Below, in pieces: positions 26,243 through 32,000 of a DNA stretch of 32,000 nucleotides; position 1 is the first letter of the stretch; the number at the start of each line of letters is the position of its first letter. Source of the DNA: Candidatus Harpocratesius repetitus (GTDB lineage: Archaea > Asgardarchaeota > Lokiarchaeia > Sigyniarchaeales > Promethearchaeaceae). Both the position numbers and the translations under genes were made by a program. Location: contig JAIZWK010000001.1 of NCBI GenBank assembly GCA_021498095.1, positions 2,670,001-2,702,000 of the forward strand, given 5' to 3'. A model generated the notes under the pieces. The model ran no database searches, was not told where the DNA came from, and saw only the letters and a program-made list of their open reading frames with translations.

Positions 26243-27055
26243 ATGAAAATCAATCATTCCCATTCAAATTTAAATCAAATTAAGCTTTTTGAATCACTTT
26301 CTATGAATGCATGGCCCGCCTTAACTACTTTAATTGTGGATGGATGGATCGTTCGATTCGCTAATGGTTATACAAAAAGATCCAATTCTATAACTCCACT
26401 TTACCAAGGATCTCTGCATTTTCAGGAAAAACTAAAATTTTGTAAAAATTTGTATGAACAACAATCACTCCCCTTAATATTTAAATTAACACCTTTAGCA
26501 AGTAATTTAGCAATAGACCAAAATCTTGATTCACTTGGATTCTCAGTAATTGATAAATCGAGTGTACAAATGTTATCAATATCAAAATCTTCTCAAATAT
26601 TTCAAAATTATAAAAATTCTAAGAATTTTTCTTCTTTACCAATAATTTCTGAAGATTGGAAAAAAGAGTTTATATTTTTTCAAAATTTAAATCCAAGTTT
26701 TAGAACAACTATGGATAAAATGCTTCAATCTATTAAACCTCTTCACTGGTTTTATATATTATATGAAAATATAGATGATAATAAATCAAAAGCGAAATCT
26801 GCTGTTGCATGCAGTATTGGTGTACTACAGATGGGATATTATGGAATTTTTGATGTTGTAGTGCACCCCAAATATCGAAGAAGAGGATTTGGTAGAAAAT
26901 TAATGCTAAATATGCTTGCACATGCACAAAATCAAAATGCTCATACAGTATTTCTCCAAGTTGTTAAAAATAATAAAGCAGCATGGAATCTCTATGCAGA
27001 ACTTGGATTTAAAGAGATTTATGAATATTGGTATCGAAAAAGTATGAATAAATAA
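26243..27055 (+). CDS. GNAT family N-acetyltransferase
   Basis: VVVHPKYRRRGFGRKL acetyl-CoA motif A; LQVVKNNKAAWNLYAELGF motif B; N-terminal NAWPA...DGWIVRFANGYTKRSNS. Confidence 0.9.
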   Translation: MKINHSHSNLNQIKLFESLSMNAWPALTTLIVDGWIVRFANGYTKRSNSITPLYQGSLHFQEKLKFCKNLYEQQSLPLIFKLTPLASNLAIDQNLDSLGFSVIDKSSVQMLSISKSSQIFQNYKNSKNFSSLPIISEDWKKEFIFFQNLNPSFRTTMDKMLQSIKPLHWFYILYENIDDNKSKAKSAVACSIGVLQMGYYGIFDVVVHPKYRRRGFGRKLMLNMLAHAQNQNAHTVFLQVVKNNKAAWNLYAELGFKEIYEYWYRKSMNK

Positions 27056-27110
27056 TTAATTCAAAAAGAAAAAAAAAGATTCACTATCAATCGCTTAGCA
27101 TTAAATTCTT

Positions 27111-28511
27111 TTAATTAATAGTGGAGTTTTTAAAATCATTTTGGGATTTTTCTCGTGCCCAATCAAAATCAATAAGCACATATTTATTGGTATAAAAATA
27201 AACGCCGACTAAAATAAGACTTACTACTGGTCCCCAAATAATATTTCCAATCTTGAAAGTTTTCTCTCCAATTGTCATATCTCCAAATAAATAAAGTTGA
27301 CCTAGTAAAAAGACACCAAACGCTTGAGATATATTTAATATTATACTGGGATAACCTACATACAAACCTGCTTTTTGAACTTTTGTTTGTCGTTCATCAT
27401 CTTCTGCTAAATCCGCATACATAATATATGGGAAGAGATACCAGCCCCCAATCACAAAAGCATAGGTCCCAACTAATATTAATCCCAATAAAAGAGTGTT
27501 TTTTACAGGAATTAATCCTATTAAAGAAAGAGGCATAAAAATTATACCAAATAAGAAAACTCGTTTAATACTCTTAGTTTTTCCATGAACTGAAATCGAT
27601 CGTTTCCAATAACCTAAAAAGAACATTATACCAAGAACTAAGAAACCAGACACAATTATTTTTTGAATTGTATCTAAAAAGAGAACTTCTTCTAAATATT
27701 TAAGAATTACTGTTCCTGCCATTACCCAGCCAATTGAAGCAAATCCTTGCATAAAAACAACAAGTTGATATTTTCTATTTTTTAATACAATTTTAAAATT
27801 CTCAATTAAGTTGGGTTTTTCAACTTTACGAGGTTCAGTGGGCATAAAAATTGCACTAAAATATATGCTAATAAGAAAGATTACTCCAAAACTAATTACA
27901 CCCCAAAAATAAGCAGGTGGGATATTATTTGGATCTTCAGCAATCTTATCTTTAAAATCAGTCAAAATCAACATGGCAAAAAGAGTCTGAATGATCTGCC
28001 CTGTAATATTAAAAATATTTTGAATTTGAGAACATTTTGGGCGATCATGAACATTAAATTGCTCTGCCATCCAAGCTTGGTAAGGAGTCGTTACAGCATA
28101 TGAGATTTCAAAGAGAGTATTCCAAAGAAGAAGCCATCCTAAAAGTGTTTGATCTGAAGGATTGTCTAAAAATAATTGGGGAATTAAAAGACAAATAAAA
28201 GAAATTACCAATACAGGTGCAAGCAAAAAAACATAAGGTTTTCGACCGCCTATTTTTTTAATATAAGTAACATCGCTTACCCAACCAAAAAAGGGTTGAG
28301 AAAATGCGATTGCAATATATCCTAAAGTGATTCGATTCGTAACTTTTGTTTCATCTAATCCAAATCCTGTGGTGTATAAGGTAAATAAGGCAAACCCAAT
28401 TAAACCTAATAGAAGCGAGGAGCCAATGCGTGGAAATGCAAATAGAAGCATTTTTTTTGTAGGTGAATCAGGTATTTTATTCTCTAATTCTGCAAAATTA
28501 TTTGATTCCAT
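27111..28511 (-). CDS. MFS transporter (GPH/MFS_2-like)
   Basis: About 12 TM segments; QPFFGWVSD...GGRKPY, PYQAWMAE and ADLAEDDE...AGLYVG motifs. Confidence 0.88.
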   Translation of the reverse strand: MESNNFAELENKIPDSPTKKMLLFAFPRIGSSLLLGLIGFALFTLYTTGFGLDETKVTNRITLGYIAIAFSQPFFGWVSDVTYIKKIGGRKPYVFLLAPVLVISFICLLIPQLFLDNPSDQTLLGWLLLWNTLFEISYAVTTPYQAWMAEQFNVHDRPKCSQIQNIFNITGQIIQTLFAMLILTDFKDKIAEDPNNIPPAYFWGVISFGVIFLISIYFSAIFMPTEPRKVEKPNLIENFKIVLKNRKYQLVVFMQGFASIGWVMAGTVILKYLEEVLFLDTIQKIIVSGFLVLGIMFFLGYWKRSISVHGKTKSIKRVFLFGIIFMPLSLIGLIPVKNTLLLGLILVGTYAFVIGGWYLFPYIMYADLAEDDERQTKVQKAGLYVGYPSIILNISQAFGVFLLGQLYLFGDMTIGEKTFKIGNIIWGPVVSLILVGVYFYTNKYVLIDFDWAREKSQNDFKNSTIN

Positions 28512-28598
28512 GTTTTTATAATTAGATCAAATAATTATAAAAAACTTAATAAAAAAAACAATGATTACGATATTGTTAAAAAAAAATCAATATAGTAA

Positions 28599-29036
28599 TT
28601 AGATTGATGAATTTCCTTCTTTTTTCTCTATGAATGATTGGAATATTCTATGTAAAATAAATCCAAAATAACCTGCAATTCCTCCACAAAATCCTCCTAT
28701 TATAAGAAGGAATGAAATTAACAACCATCCTATATAAAAATTGCCAAGAAATAATCCTGTGAAGTAATTTGAAAGGTTAACTGAGTCATTCTTAATAAAA
28801 TTGATAAGATAATAACTTCCCCAACCCAGTATTGTGCTTAATGCTATAGAATAAAAAGCTTTAGAACCTTTTTTAAACCACCATCCTCCAAAAATGCACG
28901 GAATGACAAAAATTTGCCAAAATGGGACGAATGTAGAAATCCAGATAAGAAAACTGATAGCTAAAATTAACAAAAAGGAATAAAGCAAATTCTTTGATTC
29001 TACTTGTGTTGGGGATGAACTTTGTATTGAATTCAT
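28599..29036 (-). CDS. Small integral membrane protein (about 4 TM), unknown function
   Basis: 145-aa hydrophobic ORF starting 3 nt after the acylase stop; GGFCGGIAGYFG glycine-rich helix. Confidence 0.75.
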   Translation of the reverse strand: MNSIQSSSPTQVESKNLLYSFLLILAISFLIWISTFVPFWQIFVIPCIFGGWWFKKGSKAFYSIALSTILGWGSYYLINFIKNDSVNLSNYFTGLFLGNFYIGWLLISFLLIIGGFCGGIAGYFGFILHRIFQSFIEKKEGNSSI

Positions 29037-29039
29037 ATT

Positions 29040-31667
29040 TTATACCTCCTTTTTAAAATAAATTCTAGATTCAATCAAATTGGAAGGAAATGATTGAAAA
29101 TCAGTAATTAAATAGTAGTTTTGATGATAATCTCCATTAAGAAACAAAGTTAATTGATCACTATAATGTTTTGATCCAATTATACCACGCTCTCCTGATG
29201 GAATTACTGATATGCTCTGATTTAAATTTCCCCAATCACATATCCATCGTTCAGATGCACCTCCATGACTGGTTGCTACTGATACATGACCATTTTTCCA
29301 TATATTTCCATAAGATGGATTTATCGTATCCGCAGAACCGTTAGCAGGAATAGGTCCCACACCAAAACCTGGTATATTAGTTAGATGATTAAAAATATTC
29401 TGATGTAAATTTCCCCAATTCCATTCATCAAAATTCCCAGTATTAAAAAATGAATGAAGTGCATTAACTGTTCGATGAAATGCAGTTTGAATAGTATCTT
29501 GAACAGATTCAGTATTACTTGTTGATACATTATCGAACCAAGCATCTAAGAAGGAATTTTTTAGAAGATATTCAATTAATGCGTCTGAAATGTAGGGAAT
29601 GAAATCCTTTAAATCCCATTCATTTAATTCATCTTGAAATATCTGTTCTTTTAAAATTTCAATCCATAATTTAAAAACGCTTGGTTCCCATCGAGCTAAA
29701 TTCATTTGATAATCCCAATTGTTCATATCATTTAGTATCTGAACTTCTTCATTAGTCAAATCAGCGCTATTTTTTATAGTTTCAAGAAGAATAGGTAGAG
29801 TTTTTTCTGCTTTTATACTATATGTATCCAATTGAATAGCTTTCATATCATTTATGGTAAGATTTGTGGCATTCTCTAATAATTGATTAATTCGACGGGC
29901 GCGATAGCCGTTAGAATAATATGTTTGAAATGTTTGATTTGAATGAGCGTTCATATAATCAGGTCCTGCAACAATCTGATTGGCAGAAGCAAGGTAATGT
30001 TGATTAGGATTAATAGTCTCAGGTAATTCAGCAAATGGTAGCCAACCAATCCATTTCCCTTCTCCTGCACTCCCATTATATGGAAATACTCCTTTTCCAA
30101 AGCGTTTATCATCTAAAAGAGAATCGTCTCGAATTGGCACCTTACCAGTCGGACGAATTGCAATATTTCCATATATATCTGCATATATATGATTTTGAGA
30201 AGGTAACCAGAAATTCTGTGAAGCAGCATTAAAATCTGCCCGATTTTTTGCATGAGAATATTCATAGAATGCTTTCAATTCCCATGTTACGTTATGAGCT
30301 ATCCAACGACAAGCGATAATATTATTTGATTTTATGGAATCTAGTATTGAATCAGTAATAAAATCTGAAAATACAGGGCCTTCTTCGGTAAGTTTAATTT
30401 TATATTTTATTGTTCTACCTTCTTTTGTATCAATTGTATAATTAATATATTTGTATGGTGTGATTTTTCCATCTTGAATATAATGGGTTTCATTTACAGA
30501 AGTATAATAATACCAATCCATACTATCAAAATAAGTATTTGTGAATCCCCATGAAACAAATTGATTTTGGCCGACTAATGGATAGGGTACACCTGGCAAA
30601 AAGAAACCCCAAATATTAAATGGATTGTCAGATGCAGAAATCACCAAATGGGCTTGATACCAGATTCCTGGTAGATTCCACTCAAGATGCATATCATTAC
30701 AAATAATTGGATAACCAGAGGCGCTCTTATTCCCATCAATTACCCAATTATTCGATCCCAATATAGCACCTAACTCTGAACGAGTCTGCTCTTGTGGAAA
30801 TTGCGATAATTTGTAGTAGAGAGCATTTATAGATGATGAAAGAGGAATACTATCGTTTAAATTGGAAAATGTTTGATTCAGATGTATGAACTCATAAGTA
30901 GAAAAATTTCCATAATTCGGACAAACAGGTATCTGATAAGGTCGGGGAGATCCCAAAAAGAAATTATATGCTTCAATTCCCATTTTCTCGACGATTACTA
31001 AATGATACAAATCTTCTAAACTCCACGTAAGGTCTTCAGCCATATATTTTCCCATACTGATTGTATCGATTACGGTCCAATGTTCCATATTTATGTCCAA
31101 TAATTGAAATTCTAATGGTAAAGTAGGTGTATTATCGATATAATAATTAACTCCATCCGCAAATCTTTCTAATTCTTGCAAAATCGTATTTATTTTAGGA
31201 TCAGTGTTTGCTCCTTGAACTAACGCTTTGTATGTTTTTACAGAATAATAATCTTTCAACATTGCTAAATTATATTTATCAATTTCTAGTAAATCTTCTC
31301 CCAGTATTGCACTCATATTTCCACGTGTAAGTGAACGTGCCATTTGCATCATGAACAGTCTATCTTGAGCCATACAGTATCCCAAAGCAAACATTACATC
31401 ATTTTCAACTCTCCCAAAAATATGTGGAATGCCGTAATTGTCTCTATAAACCGTAACTTGATCTTCTAATGAAGAATCAGAAATTATCATAGTATCTTCT
31501 ATTTCCATGGGTATTTCCCAAATACTTTGCCCTGGAAAAAATAATTTACCCATTGGGGCTAATCCAAGCAATGGCACCGAAAAAAAACCAATTATTAGAG
31601 CTAAAATCCCTAATACAACACTACCTCTTATTAAATCTGTTTTTTGCATAATTATCTGCTTTTCCAT
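29040..31667 (-). CDS. Penicillin acylase family (S45, Ntn-hydrolase) amidase, membrane-anchored
   Basis: N-terminal TM; VYRDNYGIPHIFG, FALGYCMAQDRLFMM; nucleophile GSNNW (Ser305, codon 30755-30753); NDMHL, GFTN, QNHIYAD, ASANQ and PSGERG motifs; many N-glycosylation sequons. Confidence 0.94.
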   Translation of the reverse strand: MEKQIIMQKTDLIRGSVVLGILALIIGFFSVPLLGLAPMGKLFFPGQSIWEIPMEIEDTMIISDSSLEDQVTVYRDNYGIPHIFGRVENDVMFALGYCMAQDRLFMMQMARSLTRGNMSAILGEDLLEIDKYNLAMLKDYYSVKTYKALVQGANTDPKINTILQELERFADGVNYYIDNTPTLPLEFQLLDINMEHWTVIDTISMGKYMAEDLTWSLEDLYHLVIVEKMGIEAYNFFLGSPRPYQIPVCPNYGNFSTYEFIHLNQTFSNLNDSIPLSSSINALYYKLSQFPQEQTRSELGAILGSNNWVIDGNKSASGYPIICNDMHLEWNLPGIWYQAHLVISASDNPFNIWGFFLPGVPYPLVGQNQFVSWGFTNTYFDSMDWYYYTSVNETHYIQDGKITPYKYINYTIDTKEGRTIKYKIKLTEEGPVFSDFITDSILDSIKSNNIIACRWIAHNVTWELKAFYEYSHAKNRADFNAASQNFWLPSQNHIYADIYGNIAIRPTGKVPIRDDSLLDDKRFGKGVFPYNGSAGEGKWIGWLPFAELPETINPNQHYLASANQIVAGPDYMNAHSNQTFQTYYSNGYRARRINQLLENATNLTINDMKAIQLDTYSIKAEKTLPILLETIKNSADLTNEEVQILNDMNNWDYQMNLARWEPSVFKLWIEILKEQIFQDELNEWDLKDFIPYISDALIEYLLKNSFLDAWFDNVSTSNTESVQDTIQTAFHRTVNALHSFFNTGNFDEWNWGNLHQNIFNHLTNIPGFGVGPIPANGSADTINPSYGNIWKNGHVSVATSHGGASERWICDWGNLNQSISVIPSGERGIIGSKHYSDQLTLFLNGDYHQNYYLITDFQSFPSNLIESRIYFKKEV

Positions 31668-32000
31668 TTTTTTTTGTTTAGTTTGAGCATTTAAATTAAG
31701 TATATTTAATCAAATAATTAATAAAGATTGCTCTTTGGAATTAAAAATATTTTAAATTTAAGAGGTTCTAGCAACTTCTTTATTTTTGACAGAATTCCCA
31801 TTTTAATCCTTCATTTTCCGACAATAATCAAATTTATCCAAGAATTATTTCAGTCGGCAAAGATGAACTTTAAAAAATATAATTATGGGTTGATTTTTGA
31901 CTATTTTTAATCAAATTATAGTTGAAAATGATAAAAAAAGTTCTAAATTTTTGATCGACAAATTTCAAATTTGGATGGAATATTGGTAAATGCGTAAATT

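Noticed and set aside
3835-31910. Other short ORFs in the track (e.g. 3835-4053, 5457-5690, 6334-6573, 8648-8836, 9017-9421, 13257-13586, 16337-16624, 21395-21838, 28327-28521, 30035-30232)
   Set aside because: All lie antisense or out of frame within well-supported genes. The QMMILR repeat in 6334-6573 is just the alternative frame of the DDDSST repeat, and the MEK repeats in 9017-9421 come from the reverse complement of the pyrimidine repeat.
31728-32000. ORF 31728-31910 and a 30-codon frame at about 31897-31989
   Set aside because: Short, AT-rich, no motifs, and probably the acylase promoter region; cannot be supported at the window edge.
1-32000. tRNA, rRNA or other structured RNA genes
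   Set aside because: All intergenic regions are short and strongly AT-rich, with no cloverleaf (TTCGA T-loop in a GC stem) or extended GC-rich paired region seen by eye; a tRNAscan-SE/Infernal run would be decisive.

Overview
AT-rich, gene-dense archaeal chromosome segment, most likely from an Asgard archaeon of the Lokiarchaeota/Promethearchaeota. That assignment is an inference from an archaeal-type two-knuckle MetRS, (I/V)(P/S)GY-TM-basic C-terminal sorting tails, RING-like zinc fingers, an LRR protein and a CxxC...CxH zinc-ribbon protein family. In order, the window holds: metG (runs off the left edge and is missing from the ORF track); an NAD-dependent epimerase/dehydratase; a vWA protein of the Rpn10/Ssl1(p44) type fused to two C4HC3 RING/PHD-like fingers; a surface-anchored M1 aminopeptidase; an intact 1464-bp ISH3-like insertion sequence with TIRs and a 6-bp target duplication; a second surface-anchored protein; a putative cyclitol/sugar catabolic cluster (GPH-type MFS, Gfo/Idh/MocA dehydrogenase, IlvD/Edd dehydratase, IolD-like TPP enzyme); a co-oriented aconitase, two-subunit ATP-citrate lyase and isocitrate dehydrogenase block; an LRR gene with atypical codon usage; a zinc-ribbon protein with a possible DENN-like core; a membrane-anchored metallophosphoesterase; a GNAT; and a penicillin-acylase-family amidase, membrane protein and MFS cluster. 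I saw no rRNA, tRNA or CRISPR array. The strongest leads are the vWA-RING-RING protein, the acn-aclBA-idh block with no citrate synthase in the window, and the IolD-like cluster with no IolE. All family comparisons come from recalled motifs, not database searches.
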